Origin: Xanthobacteraceae bacterium | Lineage (GTDB): Bacteria > Pseudomonadota > Alphaproteobacteria > Rhizobiales > Xanthobacteraceae | Length of the DNA stretch: 64,000 nucleotides | NCBI GenBank assembly: GCA_023954195.1 | Contig: JAMLIK010000001.1 | Coordinates: 1,226,628 to 1,290,627, forward strand | Direction: 5' to 3' | Translations under genes and position numbers: made by a program | In this document: piece by piece, positions 1 through 9,063 of the stretch | Layout: each line of letters starts with the position of its first letter | How positions within the stretch are numbered: the stretch's first letter is position 1 | Notes under the pieces: generated by a model | What the model saw: only the letters and a program-made list of their open reading frames with translations | What the model was told of the DNA's origin: nothing | Databases searched by the model: none

Positions 1-1
1 C

Positions 2-193
2 ATGGCGAACAAGGAAAATACGGACGCCGTGGCGGTGCTTGTTCCGGCTCCCGCCGCGGCGGCACGGTCGGTTCGGATCAATGTCACCCTCCCCTCCGAC
101 GTACTTGAGCAGATCGACCGATATGCCGAACGCGAAGGTTTCACCCGATCGGGCTTCCTTGCCCTGGCGGCCAGGAAAGCAATGGCGGCCTGA
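2..193 (+). CDS. Ribbon-helix-helix (CopG / HicB C-terminal type) antitoxin-like DNA-binding protein; possibly 5'-truncated by the window edge
   Basis: 63-aa ORF from ATG at nt 2 with no in-frame stop upstream inside the window. RINVTLPSDVLEQIDRYAEREGFTRSGFLALAARKAM is a strand-helix-helix pattern typical of type II antitoxins. No partner toxin gene is in the window. Confidence 0.5.
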   Translation: MANKENTDAVAVLVPAPAAAARSVRINVTLPSDVLEQIDRYAEREGFTRSGFLALAARKAMAA

Positions 194-210
194 TCGCGGC
201 CTTAAGCCCC

Positions 211-1755
211 CTACATCCGCACCTCGATCAGTCGCGGTCCCTTCTCCGCGTTGGCCTCGGCCAGCGCCTTGTTGAAATCGTCGGCGGTGTCGACCGCGCG
301 GCCGGGCACGCCCATGCCCCTGGCGAGCGACACCCAGTCCAGCGTCGGGCGGTCGATGCTGAGCATGTCCTGGGCGCGGCGGCCGGGCTCGCCGGCGCCG
401 ACGCCGTCGAACTCGCCGCGCAGGATCTGGTACATGCGGTTGGCGAACACGATGGTGAGGACGTCGAGATTCTCGCGCGCCTGCGTCCACAGCGATTGCA
501 GCGTGTACATGGCGCTGCCGTCGCCGACCATGCAGATCACCTTGCGGTCGGGACAGGCGACCGCCGCCCCGGTCGCCACCGGCGTCGAGAAGCCGATCGA
601 GCCGCCCATGTTTTGCAGCCAGTCGTGCGGCGCGCTCGCCGCCGTCGGCGGAAAGAAGCCGCGCCCGGTGGTGATGGATTCATCGACCACGATGGCGTTC
701 TCCGGAATCGCCATGGCGATGGCCATGGCAATCGCCTCGTGGGTCAGCGCGCCGGTCGGCTTCGCCAGTTCCACCAGTTTCTGAGGCCGCGCATCGGCTG
801 GCTTGGCGCCGACCGCCGAGGCCAGCGCCTCCAGCGCAGCGACCGAGTTGTCGCCCCCCTCGGTCAGGCGAAGCACCTCGCAGCCTTCCGGCTTGAGTAG
901 GCTCGGCTTGTCGGGATAGGCGAAGAACGCCACCGGATCCTTGGCCTCGACCAGAATGATATGGCGGAACTCCTTCAGCACCGGCAGCGCCTGCCCCACC
1001 ACGTAAGGCACCCGCTCGATGGCGAAGCGGCCGCGCCCGCGCGCCATCCGCGCATTATAAGTCTGCCCCATCACGGCGCAGCCGGTCTTGCCGGCGATCT
1101 CGGCCGCCAGCGCCAGCCCCTTCTCGGTCAGCGCATGGCCGGTCATCAGCAGCAAGGTCCGCTCGCCGCCGCGCAGCACCCGCGCCGCCGCCTCGACCGC
1201 CTCGGTCGAATAGCCGGCGCGCTGCGAGGGTGCCGGCACCTCGGCGATGCCGTCGGCCTCGTTCCATGCGGTGTCGGCGGGCAGGATCAGGGTCGCGATC
1301 TGCGGCGGCGAACCGCTGGCGGCGGCGATCGCGGCGGCGCCGTCCCGCGCCACCGAGGCGGCATCCGGCGAGGTGCGGACCCAGCCCGACATCGGCCGCG
1401 CCAGCCCCTCGATGTCCGAGGTCAGCGGCGCGTTGTAGTCGATATGATAGCCGGCGTGCTGGCCGACGATGTTGACGATGCCCGACGCCGCCTTCTTGGC
1501 GTTGTGCAGGTTGGCGAGGCCATTGGCCAGCCCCGGCCCGAGATGGAGAAGCGTCGAGGCCGGCGTGCCCTTCATGCGGAAATAGCCATCGGCCGCGCCG
1601 GTCACCACGCCCTCGAACAGGCCGAGCACGCAGCGCATCCCCTCGACCCGGTCCAGCGCCGCGACGAAGTGCATTTCCGAGGTGCCGGGATTGGTGAAGC
1701 AAACGTTGACGCCACCCGCCACCAGCGTTCGCACCAGGCTTTCCGCACCATTCAT
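211..1755 (-). CDS. Thiamine-diphosphate-dependent enzyme, acetolactate-synthase large-subunit-like family
   Basis: 514-aa ORF. N-terminal TPP-enzyme signature (GAESLVRTLVAGGVNVCFTNPGTSEMHF) and C-terminal GDGS...N TPP-binding motif (ICMVGDGSAMYTLQSLW...FAN). Confidence 0.8.
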   Translation of the reverse strand: MNGAESLVRTLVAGGVNVCFTNPGTSEMHFVAALDRVEGMRCVLGLFEGVVTGAADGYFRMKGTPASTLLHLGPGLANGLANLHNAKKAASGIVNIVGQHAGYHIDYNAPLTSDIEGLARPMSGWVRTSPDAASVARDGAAAIAAASGSPPQIATLILPADTAWNEADGIAEVPAPSQRAGYSTEAVEAAARVLRGGERTLLLMTGHALTEKGLALAAEIAGKTGCAVMGQTYNARMARGRGRFAIERVPYVVGQALPVLKEFRHIILVEAKDPVAFFAYPDKPSLLKPEGCEVLRLTEGGDNSVAALEALASAVGAKPADARPQKLVELAKPTGALTHEAIAMAIAMAIPENAIVVDESITTGRGFFPPTAASAPHDWLQNMGGSIGFSTPVATGAAVACPDRKVICMVGDGSAMYTLQSLWTQARENLDVLTIVFANRMYQILRGEFDGVGAGEPGRRAQDMLSIDRPTLDWVSLARGMGVPGRAVDTADDFNKALAEANAEKGPRLIEVRM

Positions 1756-1985
1756 CGCCGCGCTCCCTCATGCCATTGCGTGCTTGAGGATGAACCATTG
1801 TTGGAGCCATGCGTCAAAGGCTAAGGGCGGCCGCAATGCAGCCATCCGCGAAAGCGGCGACGCCGGCGCGGGTTTTCGATCACGCCGGATCTGGAAATCC
1901 TGACTTTTCACAAGGCTGTGGGTTGCGAAATGCGGCGAATTATGGCCTTCCTGATCGCAATAAGTTGAACCGCGAAAGGGCGAAG

Positions 1986-2558
1986 ATGAAGCGAGGGTTG
2001 ATTGTCCTGCTGGCCGCGGCGACGTGGGGACTGGTAACGGCCGGAAGCGCCTCGGCGCAAATGGATTCGCGATCCATCATGGACCCGAATTTCCGCCTGC
2101 CGTTCGGCGGAGCCAGTTCGATCCCGCGCACCACGGTCAATTTCACCGAGAACTATGCGCCCGGCACCATCGTCATCAACACCAAGGAGCGCCGGCTCTA
2201 TCTGGTGCAGCCGAACGGCACGGCGTTGCGCTACGGCATCGGGGTGGGCCGCGACGGCTTCCGCTGGTCCGGCACCCATCGCATCACCGCCAAGAAGGAA
2301 TGGCCGGACTGGACGCCGCCCTCGCAGATGCTGCGGCGACGGCCCGACCTGCCGCGCCACATGAAGGGCGGCATCGAAAATCCGCTCGGCGCGCGGGCGA
2401 TGTATCTCGGCTCGACGCTGTATCGCATTCACGGATCCAACGAGCCGGAGACCATCGGCCAGGCGGTGTCGTCGGGTTGCTTCCGCATGACCAACGAGGA
2501 CGTCACCGATCTCTACAGCCGCGTTCGGGTCGGCACCACGGTGGTGGTGAAGAACTGA
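1986..2558 (+). CDS. Secreted L,D-transpeptidase (YkuD domain)
   Basis: ATG at 1986 gives the signal peptide MKRGLIVLLAAATWGLVTAGSASA; the track ORF from 1809 is an unsupported extension. Catalytic motif HGSNEPETIGQAVSSGCFRM. Confidence 0.85.
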   Translation: MKRGLIVLLAAATWGLVTAGSASAQMDSRSIMDPNFRLPFGGASSIPRTTVNFTENYAPGTIVINTKERRLYLVQPNGTALRYGIGVGRDGFRWSGTHRITAKKEWPDWTPPSQMLRRRPDLPRHMKGGIENPLGARAMYLGSTLYRIHGSNEPETIGQAVSSGCFRMTNEDVTDLYSRVRVGTTVVVKN

Positions 2559-2578
2559 GGTCTGATCGGAAGCAAAAT

Positions 2579-2738
2579 CGTCATTGCCGGGCTTGACCCC
2601 GGCAATCCATCTCGCTTGAAGCGATTCGTCTTTTTGATGGATGCACGGGTCAAGCCCGTGCATGACGTTTCCATCCAAACTAAACCCGCTCTAAAATAGC
2701 CGACACCAGGGGTTATGGGTCCTCGCCTGCGCGGGGAC
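2579..2738. repeat. Cluster of three REP-type GC-rich hairpins (composite palindromic element plus one single hairpin)
   Basis: cgtcATTGCCGGGcttgacCCCGGCAATccatc (2579-2611), inverted partner gatggATGCACGGGtcaagCCCGTGCATgacg (2636-2667), and GTCCTCGCctgcGCGGGGAC (2719-2738). Same architecture as the element at 13124-13214. Confidence 0.8.
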
Positions 2739-2757
2739 GACGGCAACCGGTTGGGCC

Positions 2758-3930
2758 CTACACCGTCTTCTCGAACAATTCGCGACCGATCAGCATGCGG
2801 CGGATTTCGCTGGTGCCGGCGCCGATCTCGTAGAGCTTGGCGTCGCGCAACAGCCGTCCGGTCGGATAGTCGTTGATGTAGCCGTTGCCGCCCAGCAACT
2901 GGATGGCGTCGAGCGCGCATTGCGTCGCCTTTTCCGCCGCGTAGAGAATGGCGCCGGCGGCGTCCTCGCGGGTAGTCTCGCCGCGGTCGCACGCCTTCGC
3001 CACCGAATAGACGTAGGCGCGGCAGGCGTTCATGGTCACGTACATGTCGGCGACCTTGCCCTGCACCAGTTGGAAAGTGCCGATCGGCTGGCCGAACTGC
3101 TTGCGCTCATGCACGTAAGGCACCGCGACGTCGAGGCACGCCTGCATGATGCCGAGCGGCCCCGCCGCCAGCACGGTGCGCTCGTAGTCGAGGCCGGACA
3201 TCAACACGTTGACGCCGCGTCCGACCTGGCCCAGCACGTTCTCCTCCGGCACCTCGCAGTCCGTAAACACCAGTTCGCCGGTGTCGGAGCCGCGCATCCC
3301 GAGCTTGTCGAGTTTTTGCGCGGTGGCGAAACCCTTCATCCCCTTCTCGATCAGAAACGCGGTGATGCCGCGCGGTCCGGCGTTGGGATCGGTCTTGGCG
3401 TAGACCACCAGCGTCTCGGCGATGGGGCCGTTGGTGATCCACATCTTATTGCCATTGAGGACGTAGCGGTCGCCCTTCTTGTCGGCGCGGGTCTTCATCG
3501 ACACCACGTCGGAGCCCGCCCCCGGCTCCGACATCGCCAGCGCGCCGACGTGCTCGCCGGAAATCAGTTTCGGCAGATACTTGCGCTTCTGCGCCTCGTT
3601 GCCGTTGCGCCGGATCTGGTTGACGCAGAGGTTGGAATGCGCGCCGTAGGACAGGCCGACCGACGCCGACGCCCGCGAGATTTCCTCCATCGCGAGACAA
3701 TGCTCAAGGTAGCCGAGGCCGGCGCCGCCGTACTCCTCCTCGACCGTGATGCCGAGCAGCCCGAGCGCGCCGATCTTCGGCCACAGGTCGCGCGGAAACT
3801 GGTTGGTCCTGTCGATCTCATCCGCGCGCGGCGCGATCTCGTTGGCCGAGAAATCGCGAACCGTCTCGCGGATCGCATCCGCGGTGTCGCCAAGATCAAA
3901 ATTGAACGTCGGCAGCGCATTCGGGATCAT
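2758..3930 (-). CDS. ivd: Isovaleryl-CoA dehydrogenase
   Basis: 390-aa ORF with GGAGGAG RBS. Acyl-CoA dehydrogenase fold with IVD-like N-terminus and the motifs [17 protein letters not shown] and [12 protein letters not shown]. Confidence 0.85.
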   Translation of the reverse strand: MIPNALPTFNFDLGDTADAIRETVRDFSANEIAPRADEIDRTNQFPRDLWPKIGALGLLGITVEEEYGGAGLGYLEHCLAMEEISRASASVGLSYGAHSNLCVNQIRRNGNEAQKRKYLPKLISGEHVGALAMSEPGAGSDVVSMKTRADKKGDRYVLNGNKMWITNGPIAETLVVYAKTDPNAGPRGITAFLIEKGMKGFATAQKLDKLGMRGSDTGELVFTDCEVPEENVLGQVGRGVNVLMSGLDYERTVLAAGPLGIMQACLDVAVPYVHERKQFGQPIGTFQLVQGKVADMYVTMNACRAYVYSVAKACDRGETTREDAAGAILYAAEKATQCALDAIQLLGGNGYINDYPTGRLLRDAKLYEIGAGTSEIRRMLIGRELFEKTV

Positions 3931-4198
3931 CGTCCGTCATCTCCTCCATCGGGCTCGCCGCCAAGTTGCGACCGGCACCTGTTGCGGACGACCATGCCAC
4001 GGGTCGCGCCGCCGGAGAAGTGGCACGATGTTGCGGCGCAACGATCGCAAAACGCTCTATTCATAGAGGTATCAAAACACCTTTCGTCGCCGCCGGCTTT
4101 TGAACACAAGAATCCCTCTAGGAAATTCGCGCAGACTGGGGAAGATTCACGGCCGGCACCTCGCGCCGCCACGATCACCTCGGGAGAGCCCTCTGCCC

Positions 4199-5470
4199 AT
4201 GAATCTCCATCGCACCATCGAGCCGGACAAGGCCGCACGGCAACGCGCCGCCCGCGAACTCGCCTACGCGACGCCGATCGAGGATTTCCATCCCGGCGCG
4301 CCGCGCCTGTTCCGCGACGATACGCTGTGGCCCTACTTCGAGCGCCTGCGCAACGAAGCGCCGGTGCATTACTGCACCAAGGCGCCGATCGAGCCGTACT
4401 GGTCGGTGACCAAGTACCACGACATCATGCACGTCGACACCAGCCACGGCATCTTCTCGTCGGACGTGAAGAACGGCGGCATCTCGATCCGCGACGTCGC
4501 GGAAGGCTACGACTGGCCGAGTTTCATCGCCATGGACGAACCGCGTCACATGCCACAGCGCAAGACCGTGATGCCGATGTTCACGCCGACGCATCTCGAT
4601 GAGATGGCCAAGCTGATCCGCAAGCGCACGCAAAAGGTGCTGGACGAACTGCCGCGCAACGAGCCGTTCGACTTCGTCGAGCGCGTCTCCATCAACCTCA
4701 CCACGCAGATGCTGGCGACGCTGTTCGATTTTCCCTGGGAAGACCGACAGAAACTGACGCGCTGGTCCGACGTTTCCACCGCGTTGCCGAAAAGCATGGT
4801 GGTGGAATCCGAGGAGCAGCGCCGCGACGAACTGGCGGAATGCGCGGCCTACTTCGGCAAACTCTGGAACGAGCGCGTCAATTCGGAGCCGCGCAACGAC
4901 CTGCTGTCGATGATGGCGCACAGCGACGCCACGCGCCACATGGATCCCGACAACCTGATGGGCAACCTGATCCTGCTGATCGTCGGCGGCAACGACACCA
5001 CGCGCAACTCGATGAGCGGCTCGGTGCTGGCGCTGAACGAATTTCCCGATCAATACGCCAAGCTGCGCGCCAACCCGGCGCTGATCGATTCGATGGTTCC
5101 GGAAGTGATCCGCTGGCAGACGCCGCTCGCGCACATGCGCCGCACCGCGCTGGAAGATACCGAGATCGGCGGCAAGACCATCCGCAAGGGCGACCGCGTG
5201 GTGATGTGGTACGTCTCCGGCAACCGCGACGACGCGGTGATCGAGCGGCCGGACGAATTCATCATCGACCGCGCGCGGCCGAAGATCCACATCTCGTTCG
5301 GCTTCGGTATCCACCGCTGCGTCGGCATGCGGCTCGCGGAGTTGCAACTGCGCATCCTCTGGGAGGAGATGCTGCAACGCTTCGACAATATCGAGGTGGT
5401 CGGAGAGCCGAAGCGAATCTATTCGAGCTTCGTGAAGGGCTACGAATCGCTGCCGGTGCGGCTGTCGTAA
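4199..5470 (+). CDS. Cytochrome P450, CYP153-like (soluble alkane/terminal hydroxylase type)
   Basis: ATG at 4199 preceded by GGGAGAG. I-helix LLIVGGNDTTRNS, EVIRW (ExxR) and heme loop FGFGIHRCVGMRLA. The FIAMDEPRHMPQRK region resembles CYP153. No ferredoxin or reductase gene is adjacent. Confidence 0.8.
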   Translation: MNLHRTIEPDKAARQRAARELAYATPIEDFHPGAPRLFRDDTLWPYFERLRNEAPVHYCTKAPIEPYWSVTKYHDIMHVDTSHGIFSSDVKNGGISIRDVAEGYDWPSFIAMDEPRHMPQRKTVMPMFTPTHLDEMAKLIRKRTQKVLDELPRNEPFDFVERVSINLTTQMLATLFDFPWEDRQKLTRWSDVSTALPKSMVVESEEQRRDELAECAAYFGKLWNERVNSEPRNDLLSMMAHSDATRHMDPDNLMGNLILLIVGGNDTTRNSMSGSVLALNEFPDQYAKLRANPALIDSMVPEVIRWQTPLAHMRRTALEDTEIGGKTIRKGDRVVMWYVSGNRDDAVIERPDEFIIDRARPKIHISFGFGIHRCVGMRLAELQLRILWEEMLQRFDNIEVVGEPKRIYSSFVKGYESLPVRLS

Positions 5471-5517
5471 TCGGCGCGATGACTTCCCCATCGCGCGGGG
5501 GAAAGACCAACTAAGAT

Positions 5518-5651
5518 CGTCATGCCCCGCGCAGGCGGGGCATCCAGTATTCCGTATCGGATGCCGATTTCCCTCATGCTGGCCCGGACTACTGGATCGT
5601 CCGCCGGAGCCTGTCATCGGACCGGCGAAGCCGGACCCGTTGGCGGACGAT
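5518..5651. repeat. REP-type hairpins in the P450/acd intergenic region
   Basis: cgtcATGCCCCGCgcagGCGGGGCATcc (5518-5545). Nested palindrome ATCGTCCGCC...CCGGCgaaGCCGG...GGCGGACGAT (5596-5651). Confidence 0.7.
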
Positions 5652-5847
5652 GACACCGCGTTTCAGATCAAGAGCTCAGGCGCGTCCTTCCCCACCCGCC
5701 ATCGCTTTTCGCTCTGGCCTCGCAGCGAAATTATATTGGCGATGAGCCGCCGAATTGGTTAGCTGCGATCAGCCGCCATGGCATCCGCGCTGGATTTATC
5801 GCAGCGGATGCCGCAAGCTGCCTCCATAAGTCCAGCGAGGAAACCCC

Positions 5848-7002
5848 GTGAGCACCGAAGACTACGCAGACATCCGCGAGGCCGTCGCCAGGCTTTGCGC
5901 GCAATTCCCCGGCGAATACTGGCGCAAGCTCGACCGCGAAATGGCCTATCCGAAAGCCTTCGTCGATGCGCTGACGGAAGCCGGCTACCTCTCGGTGCTG
6001 ATCCCGGAGCAGTACGGCGGCGCGGGGCTGAAACTGTCGGCGGCCACGGCGATCCTTGAGGAAATCCAGCGCGCCGGCTGCAACGGCGGCGGCTGCCATG
6101 CCCAGATGTACACCATGGGCACCCTGCTGCGGCACGGCAGCGACGAGCAGAAGGCGAAGTGGCTGCCGAAGATCGCCAGCGGCGAATTGCGGCTGCAAGC
6201 CTTCGGCGTCACCGAGCCGACCAGCGGCACCGACACCACCTCGCTGAAAACCACCGCGCGCCGCGACGGCGATCACTACGTCGTCAACGGCCAGAAGATC
6301 TGGACCAGCCGCGCCGAGCATTCCGACGTGATGATCCTGTTGGCGCGCACCACGCCGAAGGATCAGGTGCAGAAGCGCACCGAGGGGCTGTCGGTGTTCA
6401 TCGTCGACATGCGCCAAGCCAAGGGCAACGGCCTCACCATTCGCCCGATCCGCACCATGATGAACCACGCCACCACCGAGGTGTTCTTCGACAACATGAA
6501 GATTCCGGCGGAAAACCTCATCGGCGAGGAAGGCAAGGGTTTCCGCTACATCCTGTCCGGCATGAACGCCGAACGCATCCTGATCGCCGCCGAATGCGTC
6601 GGCGACGCCAAATGGTTCATCGCCAAGGCCACCAACTACGCCAAGGACCGCGTGGTGTTCGGCCGCCCGATCGGCCAGAATCAGGGCATCCAGTTTCCGA
6701 TCGCGCGGGCCTATGCCAACATGCGCGCCGCTGAGCTGATGGTGAAGGAAGCCACCCGCCGCTACGAGGCGGGGCTCGACTGCGGCGCGGAGGCCAACAT
6801 GGCGAAGATGCTCGCCGCCGACGCCTCGTTCGAAGCGGCCAACGCCGCGATCCAGACCCATGGCGGCTTCGGCTTCGCCGAGGAATACGACATCGAGCGC
6901 AAATTCCGCGAGACGCGGCTCTATTCCGTGGCGCCGATCTCCACCAACCTGATCCTGTCGCACCTTGCCGAACACGTCCTCGGCATGCCGCGTTCGTATT
7001 GA
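5848..7002 (+). CDS. Acyl-CoA dehydrogenase
   Basis: 384-aa ORF with GTG start after GCGAGGA. ACAD pattern (FGVTEPTSGTDTTS, QTHGGFGFAEEYDIERKFRE). Confidence 0.85.
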   Translation: MSTEDYADIREAVARLCAQFPGEYWRKLDREMAYPKAFVDALTEAGYLSVLIPEQYGGAGLKLSAATAILEEIQRAGCNGGGCHAQMYTMGTLLRHGSDEQKAKWLPKIASGELRLQAFGVTEPTSGTDTTSLKTTARRDGDHYVVNGQKIWTSRAEHSDVMILLARTTPKDQVQKRTEGLSVFIVDMRQAKGNGLTIRPIRTMMNHATTEVFFDNMKIPAENLIGEEGKGFRYILSGMNAERILIAAECVGDAKWFIAKATNYAKDRVVFGRPIGQNQGIQFPIARAYANMRAAELMVKEATRRYEAGLDCGAEANMAKMLAADASFEAANAAIQTHGGFGFAEEYDIERKFRETRLYSVAPISTNLILSHLAEHVLGMPRSY

Positions 7003-7010
7003 GCCGCGTC

Positions 7011-8129
7011 ATGGCGCTGCCACTTGAGGGTCTTACCGTCGTCGCCGTCGAACAGGCCGTCGCCGCGCCGTTCTGTAGCTCCCGCCTCGCCGACGCCGGC
7101 GCGCGCGTCATCAAGATCGAACGCCCCGAAGGCGATTTCGCGCGCGGCTACGATGCGTTCGCCAAGGGCCAGAGCAGCTATTTCGTCTGGCTCAACCGCG
7201 GCAAGGATTCGGTGGTGATCGACCTCGCCAGCGATGAGGGACGCAAGCAGATGGAGGCGCTGATCGCCGGCGCCGACGTGCTGCTGCAAAACCTCAAGCC
7301 CCGCGCGATGGACAGGCTCGGCTTCGCGCGCGAGCGGCTGCGGCGGGATTATCCGGGGCTCATCATTTGCACGATCTCCGGCTATGGCGATGATGGCCCC
7401 TATGCCGACCGCAAGGCTTACGATCTGCTGATCCAGGCCGAAAGCGGCCTCGCCTCGATCACCGGCGGCCCCGAGAGCGCCTCGCGGGTTGGCATGTCGA
7501 TCGTCGACGTCGCCACCGGCGCGACCGCGCACGCCGCGATCCTCGAAGCGTTGATCGGCCGTTCGGTATCGGGACAAGGCGCCGACATCCGCATCTCGAT
7601 GTTCGACGTGATGGCGGACTGGCTCACCGTGCCGCTGCTCGCCGCCGAGGCCGGCCATTCGCCCAAGCGCATCGGCCTCGCCCATCCCTCGATCGCGCCC
7701 TACGGCGTGTTCCGCTCCAGGGACGGCAAGGACATCCTGATCTCGATCCAGAACGAGCGCGAGTGGAAGAAGCTGTGCGCCGAAGTGATGGCGCAGCCGG
7801 CGCTGCCCGACGACCCACGCCTCGCCAACATGGTGGCGCGTGTCAAGAACCGCGACTTCACCGACAAGATCGTCGGCGACGCCTTCGCGGCGCTGACCCG
7901 CGACGCGCTGCTCGACCGGCTGGCCAAGGCCGACATCGCTTTCGCCGAGGTCAACACCATGGACGATCTTTCAAGGCATCCGCACCTGCGGCGGATCACC
8001 GTGGACAGCCCGAACGGTCCGGTCTCCTATCCCGCCCCCGCCGCGATCGTCATCGGCGACGACCGCGCCTACGGCGCTATTCCCGCGATCGGCCAGCACG
8101 GCGCGATCCCCCCGGAGAGAAAGTCATGA
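7011..8129 (+). CDS. Family III CoA-transferase (CaiB/BaiF)
   Basis: ATG at 7011; the track starts at TTG 6999. N-terminal LEGLTVVAVEQAVAAPFCSSRLADAGARVIKIERPEGD is the family III signature. Begins 9 nt after the acd stop. Confidence 0.85.
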   Translation: MALPLEGLTVVAVEQAVAAPFCSSRLADAGARVIKIERPEGDFARGYDAFAKGQSSYFVWLNRGKDSVVIDLASDEGRKQMEALIAGADVLLQNLKPRAMDRLGFARERLRRDYPGLIICTISGYGDDGPYADRKAYDLLIQAESGLASITGGPESASRVGMSIVDVATGATAHAAILEALIGRSVSGQGADIRISMFDVMADWLTVPLLAAEAGHSPKRIGLAHPSIAPYGVFRSRDGKDILISIQNEREWKKLCAEVMAQPALPDDPRLANMVARVKNRDFTDKIVGDAFAALTRDALLDRLAKADIAFAEVNTMDDLSRHPHLRRITVDSPNGPVSYPAPAAIVIGDDRAYGAIPAIGQHGAIPPERKS

Positions 8130-8983
8130 CCGGCACGCTCGATCTCGATCACCTGCGGCAATGGATCGGCCGCAGCGAGGAAGCCTCCGACATCGTCACC
8201 GCGCAACTGGCGAAGGGTTTGCGCGCGACTTTGTTCCTGGACATCGGCGCGCCGCAACGCGGCGACGCCGCGCCGTTCACCACGCATTGGTGCCTGGCGC
8301 AACCGGTCTATCCGATGGCGAAGCTCGGGCCTGACGGTCATCCGACGCGCGGCGGCTTCCTGCCGCCGGTGCCGCTGCCGCGCCGGATGTGGGCGGGCGG
8401 CGAACTGCAATTCATCGCGCCGCTGCGGGTCGGCGACGAGGCGACGCGCACCTCGCGCATCAGTGACGTCACCGTGAAGGCCGGCTCGACCGGCACGCTG
8501 TGCTTCGTCGCGGTCGAGCACACCATCACCACCGCGCGCGGCGCGGCGATCCGCGAGCGGCAGGACATCGTCTACCGCGACATGCCGAGCGGCGGCGGCA
8601 ACGCGACGCCGGCAAAACCCGCCGCCGCGCCGGCTCCCGCGAAACATCGCGAGGTTCACGTTTCCGACCCGGTGCTGCTGTTTCGTTATTCGGCGCTGAC
8701 CTTCAACGGCCACCGCATTCACTACGACCGCGATTACGTCACCAAGGTCGAGGGCTATCCGGGCCTGGTGTTCCACGGTCCGATGCAGGCGGCGTTGCTG
8801 GTGGAGTTCGCCGCGCGCCTGCATGGCGGCGTCGCGCCGAAAAAGTTCAGCTATCGCGGCTTGCAGCCGCTGTTCGAGGGCGGCGAGTTCAGCGTCAACG
8901 CCAACGAGACCGCGGAAGGGCTCGATCTCTGGATCGCCAACGCCGACGGCGTCCCCACCATGAAGGGCACCGCGAACTGGTGA
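8126..8983 (+). CDS. Double hot-dog (MaoC / FAS1-like) acyl-CoA hydratase/dehydratase
   Basis: ATG at 8126 overlaps the CoA-transferase stop (ATGA). 285 aa with two hot-dog halves joined by a Pro/Ala linker. C-terminal half has FRYSALTFNGHRIHYDRDY. The track ORF from 7763 is an out-of-context extension. Confidence 0.6.
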   Translation: MTGTLDLDHLRQWIGRSEEASDIVTAQLAKGLRATLFLDIGAPQRGDAAPFTTHWCLAQPVYPMAKLGPDGHPTRGGFLPPVPLPRRMWAGGELQFIAPLRVGDEATRTSRISDVTVKAGSTGTLCFVAVEHTITTARGAAIRERQDIVYRDMPSGGGNATPAKPAAAPAPAKHREVHVSDPVLLFRYSALTFNGHRIHYDRDYVTKVEGYPGLVFHGPMQAALLVEFAARLHGGVAPKKFSYRGLQPLFEGGEFSVNANETAEGLDLWIANADGVPTMKGTANW

Positions 8984-9063
8984 TTTCAAGGGAGCGCTGT
9001 TCCAGCGGCGCGGAAACACGATAGATTGGGGCGCCTCGAACCGACATCGCGAAGGATCGTCAC

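Noticed and set aside
1809-1985. N-terminal extensions offered by the ORF track. These include 1809 for the L,D-transpeptidase, 4100 for the P450, 7763 for the hydratase, 10347 for the molybdoenzyme, 20470 for the CoA-transferase and 32468 for cysI. The same applies to 35890 for sqrR, 35799 for sqr, 37034 for DUF2892, 37291 for the adaptor, 48788 for the permease and 52812 for mnmA.
   Set aside because: The extensions overlap upstream genes or lack RBS and signal-peptide logic. Internal ATG/GTG codons with Shine-Dalgarno sequences or stop-start overlaps give products that begin where the family homology begins.
2579-2738. Checked the REP hairpin clusters (also 5518-5651, 13124-13214 and 23587-23700) as a possible CRISPR array.
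   Set aside because: The repeats are inverted rather than direct. They are not regularly spaced and have no unique spacers of constant length. No cas genes are present.
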